Source: Hypanus sabinus
Taxonomy: Eukaryota
NCBI RefSeq assembly: GCF_030144855.1
Contig: NC_082714.1
Location: 18,104,001-18,168,000, forward strand
Reading direction: 5' to 3'
Length of the DNA stretch: 64,000 nucleotides
Every line of letters begins with the position of its first letter. Position 1 is the first letter of the stretch. Below the pieces are notes generated by a model that was given only the letters and a program-made list of their open reading frames with translations, was not told where the DNA came from and did not search any database. Positions 9,717-22,180 of the stretch are shown piece after piece. The translations under genes and the position numbers were made by a program.

Positions 9717-11066
9717 AACTCAATGGCCACTTTATTAGTTGCCCCCTTCCTGTACCTAATGAAGTGGCCACTGTGCGTGCATGGTTATGGTCTTCTGCTG
9801 TAGCCCTTCCACTTCACGGTTTGATGTGTTGTGCATTCAGAAATGCCCTTCTGCACACTATTCTTGTAATGCGTGGCTATTTCTGTCCATTCTCCTCTGA
9901 CCTCTCACTAACAAGGCATTTTTAATCTCAGAATCAGGTTTAATTTCACCGGCATGTGTCGTGAAATTTGTTAAGTTAGCAGCAGCAGTACAATGTAATG
10001 CATGTTAATATAGAAAAAATATTAATAAGTAAATCATTTGCAGTAAGTATACATTAAACAGTTTAGTTAAAATAGTGCAAAAACAGAAATAATATTTAAA
10101 AAGTGTGAGCATTCATGAGTTCAATGTCCATTTAGGAAATTAATGGCAGAGGGGGTAAAGCTGTTCCTCAATCGTTTGTGTGCATTCAGGCTTCTGTACC
10201 TCCTTCCTGATGATAACAATGAGAAGAGGCCATTTCCTGGGTGATGGGGGTCCTTAATAGTAGACAATAACTTTCTGAGGCACCGCTCCTTGAAGATGTC
10301 TTGGATACTATGGAAGCTAGTACTCAAGATATAGAGCTGACTAATTTTACAACTTTGGAGCTTTTCGATCCTGTGCAGTAGCGTTAACTGCATACCCCAC
10401 CCCCCCATACCAGCCCGTCAGAATGCTTTCCATGGTACTACTTTAGAAATTTGGTTTAAGTGACAAATCAGTTCTCCTCAAACTCCAAGTAAAATAATAC
10501 CACTGCCTTGCCTTCTTTATAACTCCAATATATGCATTGATGTATTGGGACCAGTTAGATCCTCAGAGATCTTGACACCCAGGAACTTGTAATTGCTCAC
10601 TCTCTGTAGTTCTGATCCCTTTGAGGATTGTTTTGTGCTCCCTCTTGCCCTTTCTGAAGACCGCAATCACCTCTTTGGTCTTACTGATGTTGATTGCAAG
10701 GTTGTTGCTGTGACACCACTCAACTAGCTGGTGTATCTCACTCCTCTGTTCACTCACGTCTCCATCTGAGATTCTGCCCACAAAGAACAGCCACTCATTG
10801 GATTTTTATTTTGGCACCATTCAGTATAAAATCTAGAGCCTGTTGTACATGAAAATTCCAGGTGGTCAGCAGTTTCTGAGATACTCAGACCAGCCCATTT
10901 GGCACCAACAATTATTCTATAGTCATAGTCACTTGGATCATATTTTTTCCCATTTCTAATATTTGGTCTGAACAACAACCAAACCTCTTGACCATGTTGC
11001 ATGCTTTAATTCATTGAGTTGCCCCATGATTGGCTGATGTGTACCTAATAAAGTGGCCACTGAATG
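9717..11066 (-). mobile_element. Internally deleted Tc1/mariner element, copy 1, interrupted by a LINE
   Basis: TIRs actcaatggccactttattag / ctaataaagtggccactgaatg with TA flanks. Transposase HTH remnant in ORF 10754-11002 (IVGAKWAGLSISETADHLEFSCTT). Confidence 0.8.
9924..10776 (-). mobile_element. Rex1/Babar-type LINE 3' fragment nested in Tc1 copy 1
   Basis: RT C-terminal remnants (WCHSNNLAINISKTKEVI; KDPHHPGNGLFSLLSSGRRYRS) and a tcagaa-type tail at ~9924-9937. Confidence 0.75.
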
Positions 11067-13427
11067 TATACAGTTTGATAGATTTACCTTAAATTTTGCA
11101 GTTGTGTTGAAATATAATATCACCTATGATTTTTAAGAAATTACATAATAGTCAGAGCCAAATGGCATTTTCCTGCTCTGTGTGTTAGCTTGCTGGGATC
11201 TATTAAACAAGTTGTAAGAAGATCCTTAATAGTTGATTGGGTGAGTTAATAGTAGCTGGATTTTCAGTAAGCACTCAGTTGTTATAGATAACAGGTTAGA
11301 TTGTGCATCATTGGAGTAATCTGTCAAGCATTAATTGAGGATTGGTTAAAGGACATTTAAGATTAATAGCTTTTTTGCCATGTGTACTTTAAAACATTGA
11401 AACGTACAGTGAAATGGTTTGTTTGCATCAGTGACTAATACAGCCTGAAGATGTGCTGAAGGATGCAGAGAGGCTTCAAGGGATATTAAGTGAATCAGCA
11501 AGGCCAATATAGATCATGATTTGGGCAATTAAGACCACCCACGTTAGATGGATGAAATGGTAATGCAGTGTATCTTTAATTGGTGAGGAATTGGAGGGTA
11601 GCAATCGGTACATTACTGTTGTCTCGGATTTCAGTACAAGAGTAGAGCTTGCTCAGACTTTAAGTGATCTGGTAGTATCACATGGAATATTGTGTACATT
11701 TGTCTAAGGAAGTGTATGCTTGTAATTGAAGAACTATTGTGAAGGTATACTTCAACTGAGAATGGAGTGTGGGGTTGAGATTTCTTACATGTTGAGAGAT
11801 GAAGTGGTCCAGGCTCCTTAAGAAAGAGAGGTTATTTCATTGAAAGCTTCAAAATTTGCATTGATTTTGGAGGGTTGTTTCAGGGGTGATGCTTTCCTTG
11901 GGCGGGGTCTCTAGAACCAGTAGTCTTTCTCAAAATAAGGAGAGGTGAAATCTTTAGTGGAGATGATAGTATTGTTTAGCAGAAGACAGTTTCACTCTTG
12001 TAGACTGTTTTGCCATTCAAGATCATAAGGTGACATTATAACAGAGGATTTTGTATCCTGGTAGGCAGTAGAGGTTCAGTTGTTGAGTATTTTCAAAAGT
12101 AAAAGCAAATGTTCAGATATTTTTGAATCAAGGAACAGATGGTTAAGGAAGTGGTTATGAGGTAAAAATCAGCCTTGACTTTTTTTGAATGTAAGAGTAG
12201 GCATGAAAAGCTGAATGGCTTACTACTTTTTGTTTTGTTTGGAGTACCAGTTTCATGGTAATTACACCACACTTCTAGCCAGTGTGAAGAAATAACCTTT
12301 TATTACCTCAAATCCTAGTAATTTAGTCCTTTTTATCCACTCCACTCTTTTTTTTATTCCAAAGCATTAGATCTTGAAATCTTATCTACACATTACTTAT
12401 CACAATACTTTTGGAAGTCTGTGTGTGTCATTGACTTTTCTCTAATTTACCCTCTTTCTCTTCATTTAAAAAATAAAGTATAACAGAATTTAGAGACTCC
12501 CAGATTAGATTATTTGACTTGGGGAAAATCCAACTTTTACTCAAATTGCCCTTGCATTTTTAAAGTACTTATCAAGCTAGCAATAATAAAATGTTCCAGG
12601 GTATTAATTAAAGGCTAGATGCAGTACATGTTCCAATAGTTTAATTACAGGTGTCAGAATGATTACTAAATAAAATAATTGTAACAAGAGTATGCTGAGT
12701 GAAATGGTATGGGTAGTTACAGAAAATAGACATTTCTTTAGGAGAAATCTGCTTACAGCTTCAGGAATGGAACCCCATATGATTAATTGTGCCCGCACCA
12801 GCGTGTTTATTATATTGCTTATGTTTACAATGTGTATTCATGCAAGCTCACTTTTGATTTTCTGGACCTATCTGTCTTATCCAGGTTTAAAAACTATTTC
12901 TTATTCTGATGTTGTTTATTTCTCCCAATCATTTTGAAAATATTCTTTATTCTCCCCATTCAATTATACTTTCCAGTATATACCACCTATCAAATTGATT
13001 TAAATGTCACCCTTTCTTCTCCAGTACTAAAGAATTTTCCAGTGTCTCCAGCTCCATACAAGTACACAGATTTAAAGTCCTTCCTCCTGCACAGATATCC
13101 AGCTGTACATTTGTCTGTTATCCTGCCATTTCTACACTCACTAGCACCTACTGAAGTAATACCACCTGATCTCAGTTCCAATTGCCTTAAATTTCCCCCA
13201 CTGTACTTCCCTTATTCTGCCTATTGTTCCTCCTTCCTCCCAATAAGACTCTGGCTGCATTTCATAACAGTATTCCTCCTAACTATACTCAGAGCTTCTA
13301 TTAGATCTGTAATGTTTTACTGGGTCCTTAATTCTGTGGTAACTTTAATTACTATCCTGATCATAGTAAGAATGTATGTAGTTTTAGTACATCAGTGACC
13401 TGAATACTTGAGTTGTCAACTTTAATA

Positions 13428-13932
13428 CACTTAATTCCCACTTTAGGTACAGGAGTGTACCTAATAAATTGGCCACAGGAATGGAATCTGGTGTGATCTT
13501 GTGCTGCTGTCTCCCAACCACTTCAAGTTGTGATTATATTGTGCATTCAAAGGTATTCCTCTGCACGCCACTGTTGTAATACGTGGTTACTTAAGTTGTG
13601 TCCCTGTCCTATCAGTCTGGCCATTCTCCTCTGACCTTTTTACAAAGTGTTTATGCCCACAGAACTGACTTTTTTTTTGTATTTCACATCATTCTCTGTA
13701 AACTCTAGAACGTAAAATCCCAGGTAGGTGATCAGCAGTTTCTGAGATCCTGAAACCATCCTGCCTAGCACCTGTAATCATTCTGCAGTCAAAGACACCT
13801 GGATCACATTTCTTTTGCCCTTTTGACAAAGTCTGCATGCTTTTATACATGGAGTTACTGCCACCTGACTGGCTAGTTGGATATTTCATTAAACTATTGT
13901 ACTGGTGTACCTACTAAAATAGCCACTGAGTG
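13428..13932 (-). mobile_element. Internally deleted Tc1/mariner element, copy 2 (uninterrupted)
   Basis: Same TIRs with TA flanks; ORF 13689-13889 ITGARQDGFRISETADH. Confidence 0.75.
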
Positions 13933-14409
13933 TAGTTGGTAAATAGTTGTTAAGCAAAAACATTTGATACACTGATCTTTTATGGAGTTTTATGTATTGA
14001 AGTGCCATGAAATGATTAATGTTGAAACACAGTCTGAGTCATGAATCTGTTAAGCAAGCTTAAACAATGAAAGTATGTTTTTACATGGAATGCTTATGCC
14101 TTGTCATAAAAGTACAATTGTCAATTGTGTTACGTATTTTAGAACATGTTTTAAATTTTATCCTTAACTGACCTAAATAAAGTTGATTTTTATTGAACAT
14201 CTGAACAATTTGCAGTTGCTGCTTGGTCTTTTGCATTAACTTTGGGAATGTATCTATATTTTGGTATATTTGATTAATTCAGCTTTGATTTGTGAATGCA
14301 TTATTGAGCAAGGAATTCATTATTGCAGTTTTAAACATTGATGTGTTTGCACATTAAGAATAGAATTTGCAATCATAAATTTCTAGACATTGGTTTCCAT
14401 GCTTTGAAG

Positions 14410-15620
14410 TGGAATTAGTGCTCCAATACCATGGCCTCAAGGCTTCCATGTGCAACTGGATCCTCCGTTTCCTCACTTGTAGATCCCAGTCAGTTCAGGT
14501 TGGCAACAATATTTCCTCCACAACCTCCATCAGCGCAGGTGCAGTGCAAGGCTGTGTGCGTAGCCCCTGCTCTATTTGCTTTACACATATGATTGTGTCT
14601 AAGCACATCCCCAATGCCATATTGCTGATGACACCACTGTCATAGGACAAATCAAAGGATGTGACTAGTCAGCATATAGGGGGGAGGATCCAGACTCTCC
14701 AGTTTGGAGATTCAAACTAGAGGACATGATTTGAGAGTTAGGGGGCAGAAGTTTAAGGGAAACATGAGGTGGTATTTCTTTACTGATAGCTGTGTGGAAT
14801 GAGCTTCCTGTAGAAGTAGTAGAGGCCAGTTCAGTTGTGTCATTTAAGGTAAAATTGGATAGGTATATGGACAGGAAAGGAGTGGAGGGTTATGGGCTGA
14901 GTGCGGGTAGGTGGGACTAGGTGAGATTAAGGGTTCGGCACGGACTAGGAGGGCCAAGATGGCCTGTTTCCGTGCTGTGATTGTTATATGGTTATATGGA
15001 GATTGAAAATCTGGCTGAGTGGTGCTATGACATCAACCTCTTGCTCAATGTCAGCATTGATTATTCTCTTCAGGAGAATGAAGCCAGATGTCCATGAGCA
15101 AGTCTTCAATGGAGGATTAGAGGTGGAGAGGCAACTTTAAATTCCTTAGTGTTATTTCAGAGGACCTGTCCTGGGCTCACCATATAAGTGCAATTACAAA
15201 ATTAGCACGGCAGCAACTACTTTCTTAGGAGTTTGTGGACATTCGGCATGGCATCTAAACTTTGACAAGTCTATAGATTTGTAGTGGAGAGTATATTAAG
15301 TGGCTGAATCACAGCCTAGTATGGAAACACCAATGCCTTTGAACAGAAAATCCTACGAAAATTAGTAGATAGAGCCCAGTCCATCACAGATAAAGCACAT
15401 CTACATGAAACACTATCACAGGAAAGCAACATCCATCATCAGGGATCTCCACCACCCAGGACAAGCTATCTTCTTGCTGCTGCCATCGGGAGGAAGGTAC
15501 AGGAGCCTTGGGATCCACACCACTGGGTTCAGGAACAGTTATTTATCCCTGAACAGCAGGCTGCTGAACCAGAGGAGATAACTTCACTTGCCCCATCATT
15601 GAAATGTTCCAACTTTCAGT
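14410..15620 (+). mobile_element. Rex1/Babar-type LINE 3' fragment with a nested CR1 3' end (~14688-14998)
   Basis: ORF 14409-14645 ([16 protein letters not shown]). The CR1-like tail (gttatatg repeats) interrupts the host at gggag|attgaaaat. Confidence 0.7.
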
Positions 15621-16759
15621 GACTCCACCCAGTGATGTCCCAAATTACTTGGTCAATGAAGTACTTCATAATGTTACAATATGAGGTAAGAAATGCAGCA
15701 GCCAATTTTTTGCACTGTATGCACCCACCAATAACAAAACTCAAATGTTGGTTATGGGATGTGGATTTTTTTTTTGTTGCACAGTTCTAATTCCCTTGAA
15801 GGTGGCAATCAGGAGAATCACTTCAGTCTTTCTGATGCACCCTCCACAGTCGCATCACCAGATAAGGAGTTCCAGACATTAGACCAGTGACAATGTATTT
15901 CCAAGTCAGCATTAGAAATATCTCCCATCATTTTTCAACATACTTTTACATTCACCTATGAAGGTTTAACATCTGATCCGATCAGTAAAGCTTTCTATTG
16001 GCATGATACTGTACTGAATTGTTCACCTAGTTGTATTTTTTTTTGTTTTTGGGAGTGATGTTTGAGCCCTCAACTTTCTTTCCCAAGTCTGTCGGCACAG
16101 CATTTTTCTTTGACCTCCTAAACTGGAAAGGAATAAATCATGTCAATAGCAGTGAATAGTGTATGACTTGTAATTTTGGAAAGGTATTTAGTAAGCTATC
16201 AAATGGAGAATGCTGTCTTGGTTATAAAAATGTACCATTACTTCCAGGGACAAGAAATAATAATCATGTAAATAGTGTATATTTGTTTGCTGAACAAAAG
16301 ATGCTTTTTCATTGCTGACTAAACACTATTGTGTGCTGATAAGATCGATCTTGAAACATTTTCTTGTGGAAAATAAACTTGGTTCTTGGACACTTGAGCC
16401 TAGATATTAACCCTCACTCTATCTTACTATCATTGCACTTTGGGTCAAGTGGGAAAGGGATGTGACAGAAAATAGAAAAGCCAATCTCAGTGTCTGTGTG
16501 GGGAAAAAAAACTGCAGGTGCTGGAAATCTGCAACAAAACACAAAGCTGGAGAAAAACGGACAGTTCCTCAAGCTTTTTGTGTGTGCAGGTTCAGTGGCA
16601 CAGAGATCCACAGTATACAGCTAAGTAGATACTTAATTTAACAATTAATACCTTGATTTGTAAGTTTAGAGTTCTGCATGTACAACAGTCACTAAAATCA
16701 GTGGCACTTTTGGATAATTACTTTGACATTAAAAAAACTAACAATTTTTCTTTGAAATT

Positions 16760-16970
16760 GTGCAACACTATTACAGTTCGGTTCATCGGAGTTGTCTATA
16801 AGGAGTTTTTACATTCCCTCCATGACCACATGGATTTCCTTCCACAGTCCAAAGGCACACTGGTTAGTTGGTTAATTGGTCATTTAAAATAGTCCTCTGA
16901 TTAGGTTGGGGTTAAATAGGTGAGTTGCTGGGCCAGAAGGGCCTGTTCAGTGCTGTATCTCTAAATAAAA
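16760..16970 (+). mobile_element. V-SINE-like element
   Basis: tttccttccacagtccaaag core, taattggtcatt, A-rich tail. Confidence 0.55.
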
Positions 16971-17041
16971 TAAAAACAATCTAGTTTTTGACTACTAACC
17001 TATTGTATAAATCTCATTACAGGACAGATTTGGGAAAAAAC

Positions 17042-17167
17042 ATGTCTCGGAGTAACAGAAATAATCGTGCATGGCGATATGTTTACAGTGGCATTCGAGA
17101 AACCGATGCTATGGCTGTAGTATTGCCTGATGGTTCTGCAGGTGCTGTCTATGATTCAGATGGTCAG
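17042..17167 (+). CDS. SPSB3: SPSB3 coding exon 1 (SPRY domain and SOCS box protein 3)
   Basis: Acceptor ag at 17021-22, ATG at 17042, MSRSNRNNRAWRYV...YDSDGQ, donor gtaggt. The six coding exons join to 1068 nt (355 aa). Confidence 0.93.
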
Positions 17168-17982
17168 GTAGGTAACAAAATATTTTATTGCTTATAGTTT
17201 CAGTATGCAAATGTGTAAGGTCTTTTATTCCATAAAGCTATGGCTGCAGATGTTAGACATCTGAAATAGGGACATGCTCAACAGGTCAGAAAATGAATAC
17301 TTTTGGTTCAGTTAAAAATGGAGTGACAGACTTGAATTTCTGTATTTTGATGAGAAATAAACTGATGCTAAACTTACCAAAGTTGGTTTGAATATTTAAA
17401 TTTGAAACTTCTGCGAAGCATGAGATATTGTGACATCCTTAGTAGAATATAATTTTTACCCTTTATAAAGTTTAGAAGTTCCATTCTAATTTTCTGTAAA
17501 GCATACTTCAGAGAATTGTTATGTTATCAATTGTTGCACTGGAAATAGTTAAAGTTCAAAGTAACTTTAAAATCAAAGTACCTTTCTACCCATATAGTTT
17601 CTATCCTGAAATCAATTTTCTTGCAAGCATTCACAGTGGAACAGAAAACAATAGTATCAGTAAAAAATTACAAACGTAGACTGACAAACAATGTGCAAAT
17701 GACAAACTGTTCAAATTGAAATATAATAATAGAGTACATGAATTGTAGGTCCTGAAACTAAGTTAATTTAAGAATATATTTTTAATACTTTTACCATGTC
17801 CATCGATAATTTTGACAAGTATAGATTCATCTGCAATGAATTCATGAGAACTGATCAATATAGTAATGTTGAAGCTGTTTATTTTAGTATTGGGGGAAAA
17901 GCTGAGGCTTTGGCTGTTGCATGTTTCAAAATACTAGTCAAAAATTGTTTTTTCAGTAATTCTCAGTTTACAAAATTTGAAG

Positions 17983-18165
17983 TTTCAGCAGGTGAGTATT
18001 TCTCACTTATGTATTTCACTTAGTATCAATTTTTTAGGAAGATTTTTAAAAAATAGTAAACTCTTTCTATTTGCTTTCAGCAGGTGAGTATTTCTCACTT
18101 ATGTATTTCACTTAGTATCAATTTTTTAGGAAGATTTTTAAAAAATAGTAAACTTTCTATTTGCT
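17983..18165 (+). repeat. Near-perfect ~92-bp tandem duplication in an SPSB3 intron
   Basis: Unit tttcagcaggtgagtattt...tttctatttgc starts at 17983 and again at 18075. Confidence 0.9.
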
Positions 18166-18293
18166 GTAAGTTCTTCCAAAGTAATTCTTCAAAAAGCTGC
18201 TTTCAGTTCTACAATTTAATTTGCATAGAACAAATGGTGTCTAAAAGACTGTACAATTATGTTTAAGACTTTTCTTTTCCCATCTCTTTAAAG

Positions 18294-18468
18294 CACAGTG
18301 ACTCTGATTCTGAGCCAGAATTCCATTTGCCGCCATCAATACCAACTGCATTACCTGTGACAGGAGAATCTTATTGTGACTGTGTAAACCAAAATGATAC
18401 TCGATGCTGTGGTAGTATGCGCAGTTTTCATCGTATGAAGGACTGCCACTGTGGAGAGGAAGATGAAT
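18294..18468 (+). CDS. SPSB3: SPSB3 coding exon 2
   Basis: ag|[30 protein letters not shown]...CHCGEEDE|gtgagt; phase 0 to 1. Confidence 0.95.
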
Positions 18469-19349
18469 GTGAGTTTCAGTAACCATTGTCTCTTCTGGTG
18501 GTGGATTGGGAATTACTTAAGGCTGTACAGTAAAACTCCTGTAATCCAGCCCTTCAGGATTCTGGTGTCTTCCGGAATATTTGATACAAGTCCGATTAAG
18601 TGTGTGGAGTATTAATAATGTTTACCAATGTTTCTTAAATGTTGCAGTTGAACCCAGAGTTTAAATGGGGAATGAGAGCTCAGGTAGGTTAAGGAGCCAC
18701 ATGCGGAATCATCAAGGTTTCTGAACGGTAGGATAGTGAATTATTGAATGCTTTTTGTACATGGTAATAGGATGTGGAGAGGTGTATAAACCAGTCATCT
18801 GAAATACTTAATCCTGTTGCTTTACCTCTGAAGATCAAAATTGCAACATTCTAGTTCAAGGTTTTGATCATTGATAAATAGGAAATTAGCATATTTGCTC
18901 ATCCCATCAATGCTGAAAATATTAAGTAAAATGAGATGTTGACAGATACTGAAGTGTTGGAGTGGACTTTTTTTTGGATGGGCTTTAGATTGTGGTCGCT
19001 GGGGGCTTTGCTATTGCTGGCATGGTGGGGAGGAGGGTCTGGTGCTATCGCTGGAGCAAGTAGTGGGAGGGTTGATTCTTTTTGCTATTAGCATGTGCAG
19101 GGGAGGGGGGTTGCTTTGGGGTTCTGAAGCTTCTGTAATTTGGGATTTTTTTTCTGTTTGATGTCTGAAGAGTTAAGAATTTCAGGTTGTATACTGTATA
19201 CATCTGATATCAAATGGAACTATTGGTGCTGGGCATACTCGGATTCTAATGGCTGTTCATCTGAAATATTAACACTTTTTCTGTTTCCACAAATGTCTGA
19301 TTATATAGCATGGTTTTGTTCCTTTAATTAGATTTTTGTAGTTTTTGTT

Positions 19350-19875
19350 TCAGACCTTGATCAGACCCCACTTGGAGTACTGTGTTCTTCACTACAGGAA
19401 GGATATGGATACTATAGAGAGTGTAGAGGAGACTTACAAGGTTGTTGCCTGGATTGGGGGGTGCATACCATGAGAATAGGTTGAGTGTATTTGGCCTTTT
19501 GTCCTTGGAGTGACAGAGGATGAGAGATGACTTGATAGAGGTGTATAAGATGAGGGGCATTGAGCATGTGGATAACCAGGGCAGAAATGGCTAACATGAG
19601 AGGGCACAGTCTTAAGGTGCTTGGAATTGGAAGTAGGTACAGAGGGGATGTCGGGTAAGTTTTTCCACACAGTGGCGAGTGTGTGGAATGCACTGCTGGC
19701 AGTGGCAGAAGCAGATACAGTAGGATCTTTTAAGGGCCTCTTAGATTGGTACATGGAGCTTAAAAAAAGGGCTATGTGCTAGGGAAATTCTAGGCAGACA
19801 CTAGAGAGGTTACATGGTCAGCACAACATTGTGGGCCGAAGGGCCTGTAATGTGCTACAAATTTCTATGTTCTAG
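19350..19875 (+). mobile_element. CR1-type LINE 3' fragment
   Basis: cagaccccacttggagtactgtg ... gggccgaagggcctgt ... ttctatgttcta tail. Confidence 0.75.
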
Positions 19876-20278
19876 CCCACGGATAAGAACACTGAATGAT
19901 CCAAGTACATCTTGATTATGAGCAAACTGAAGAAACTGCAATATTTGGGATTTTTCATTTTTATAATTCAAAAGTAAATGGTAAATTGAAAGTTAAAATG
20001 TTCTTTCATTTCCTCCACCATAAAATTACGTGTTCTTTAAGTGTTATGAAAAAATGTGCATGCATCACATCAGTTTGGCCTTCAACAGGTTTTCAGCATG
20101 AATGCTATTACATTGTTAATAGATTTCACTGAGCCTCTTTGTGTGGGTCTAATAAAGACAACTGTCTATGCGCCTTTTAATATGAACATGTTGAGCTTTG
20201 GTGGAAACAACATCAACTCCAGTTAAAGGTTAAATATGAATATTACCAGTTAAATTCAAAGACAAACCCGCTTTGCAG

Positions 20279-20466
20279 ATTTCGAATGGATGTGGGATGA
20301 TTCAACCAAATCTTCTGCTACACTGCTAAGCTGTGAGAACAGAGAGGTGAATTTCCATATGGACTATAGTTGCGGAACAGCAGCGGTTCGTGGCAACAAA
20401 GAAATGAGCGAGGGACAACACTTCTGGGAAATAAAAATGACCTCTCCGGTATATGGTACAGATATG
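20279..20466 (+). CDS. SPSB3: SPSB3 coding exon 3 (SPRY)
   Basis: ag|(Y)FEWMWDD...[16 protein letters not shown]|gtaggt. Confidence 0.97.
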
Positions 20467-20529
20467 GTAGGTATAGTAAAACATGGTTTTATACTTTATG
20501 GAAAGTATATTTCTTTATGAAAGAGTGTT

Positions 20530-20890
20530 AAAACCTCAGATTTATAAGATGATGGGAGGCACAAATAGAGCAGGCAGATAGTATCTTTTTCCCAGGGTTG
20601 AGATGTCTAATACCAGAGAGCATGCATTTGAAGTGAGAGGGGTGTGTCCATAGGAGTTATGAGGGGCAAGTTGTTTTTTTTAAACAATGTTAAGTGCCTT
20701 GAATGCACTGAATGATGTGATGGTGGAGATAAATATGTTATAGACTTGTAACAGACACATGAATGTGAGGGAAATGGAAGGATATGGGCATTGTCTTGAA
20801 CAAAGGAATTCGTTTCGTTGGCCATTTGATTTCTAATTGGTTCAGCACAGCATTGTGGGCTAAAGGGCTTGTTCCTGTGCTGTACTCTTC
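20530..20890 (+). mobile_element. CR1-type LINE 3' fragment
   Basis: tctttttcccagggttg ... ttgtgggctaaagggcttgttcctgtgctgtac. Confidence 0.65.
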
Positions 20891-22077
20891 TATAAGACTG
20901 GGTAACCAGTTTTGCATCTGTAGTGATTTTCACAAACTTGTGTGCTAACATTGTCATCAATTTTATATTGACTTTTTGTTATGCTGTACCTTGATACTGT
21001 TTTCAACTGTACTTATTGTAAGCATTTCCATCAAATCATTAGATATCACATCTGACTAATTCTGCATTTATCCTGTTTCGCCTCAAATATTTCCCACATT
21101 AATTTATTGATTTCTGTCTTAATTGCATGTGCAGTTCTGCAATATTTCATTGTTAAAATGATGGGTTGATATATATCTTGTTTTTCAAGTTGTAACAAGC
21201 TGTCAATTAATACTATCTGTGTCAGTTTTGTTACTGGCATTTGTTTGTTGTTAAAATAAATGCCCAATTTAAATACAGCTGCTTTTCAATACTGGAGTCT
21301 TGCATATTCCATTTTCAGTCCAAAAGATATCACAACTGAACTTGACACTGAATTCTTTGAATGGAGTTCAAAAATCTTTGGCTGCCCAGTAATGAACATT
21401 TGGTCAAATAAAACAATCCAATAATTTGAACATGAACAATACAGATCATTTAATACCATTCTAAGCAGTGAGTCAAGTTGTAAGCTTGTCCCCCATTTAA
21501 ATTTGAGCTCCATTTAAATATAGTTTTGTAGGAAACTCATCAAGGTCGGTTGGTACTAAGTGACTCAACTTGGATCTTTGAATTCAATAAAATGTTCATG
21601 AATAATGTTGTTACAGTTGATGTCTTGTTCTGTTATCTAAGGTTTTTCTTTGTATATCCAGTTTTAAAATGGGTCCCAGATAATCAGCTCTACAGAGAAT
21701 GTCTTGCTGTGCACCAGTGGTTTGCTCATCATTTGTCTGAACTACCTTGACTGTAGTTGCATTTAGCTTCTCCACCTCTTCCCTGTTCAAAGCACTGAAG
21801 TGACCACCTTTGATAACCTTTTGTCAAATCTTTATGTTAAGCACTGCAACATAGGAGCTATATTGTTATATTTGGTTACAGTAGATCAATATCCATTGTT
21901 TCATAGAAATAAATATCTGTTAAGCTAATGTGCAGGAGTAAAATTTTGTGGTTGCTTGTAACAGCAGTGTTTCCCATTGCATTCTTTGTATATAATCTTG
22001 CTTCTCTAACCATTTCAACTAGAGTATTTGTTAGCTTACCTAACCTGCCCACTCTTGTATTTTTGTGCATCATTCAG

Positions 22078-22180
22078 ATGGTAGGAATAGGAACAACTGA
22101 TGTCAAACTGGACAAATTTCGTCACACCTTTTGCAGTTTACTGGGAAAGGATGAAAATAGTTGGGGTCTCTCCTACACAG
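22078..22180 (+). CDS. SPSB3: SPSB3 coding exon 4
   Basis: ag|[34 protein letters not shown]|gtact. Confidence 0.97.

Noticed and set aside
12934-13398. 154-aa ORF in SPSB3 intron 1
   Set aside because: Non-ATG start, AT-rich hydrophobic composition, probably the antisense of a decayed LINE; no splice or homology support.
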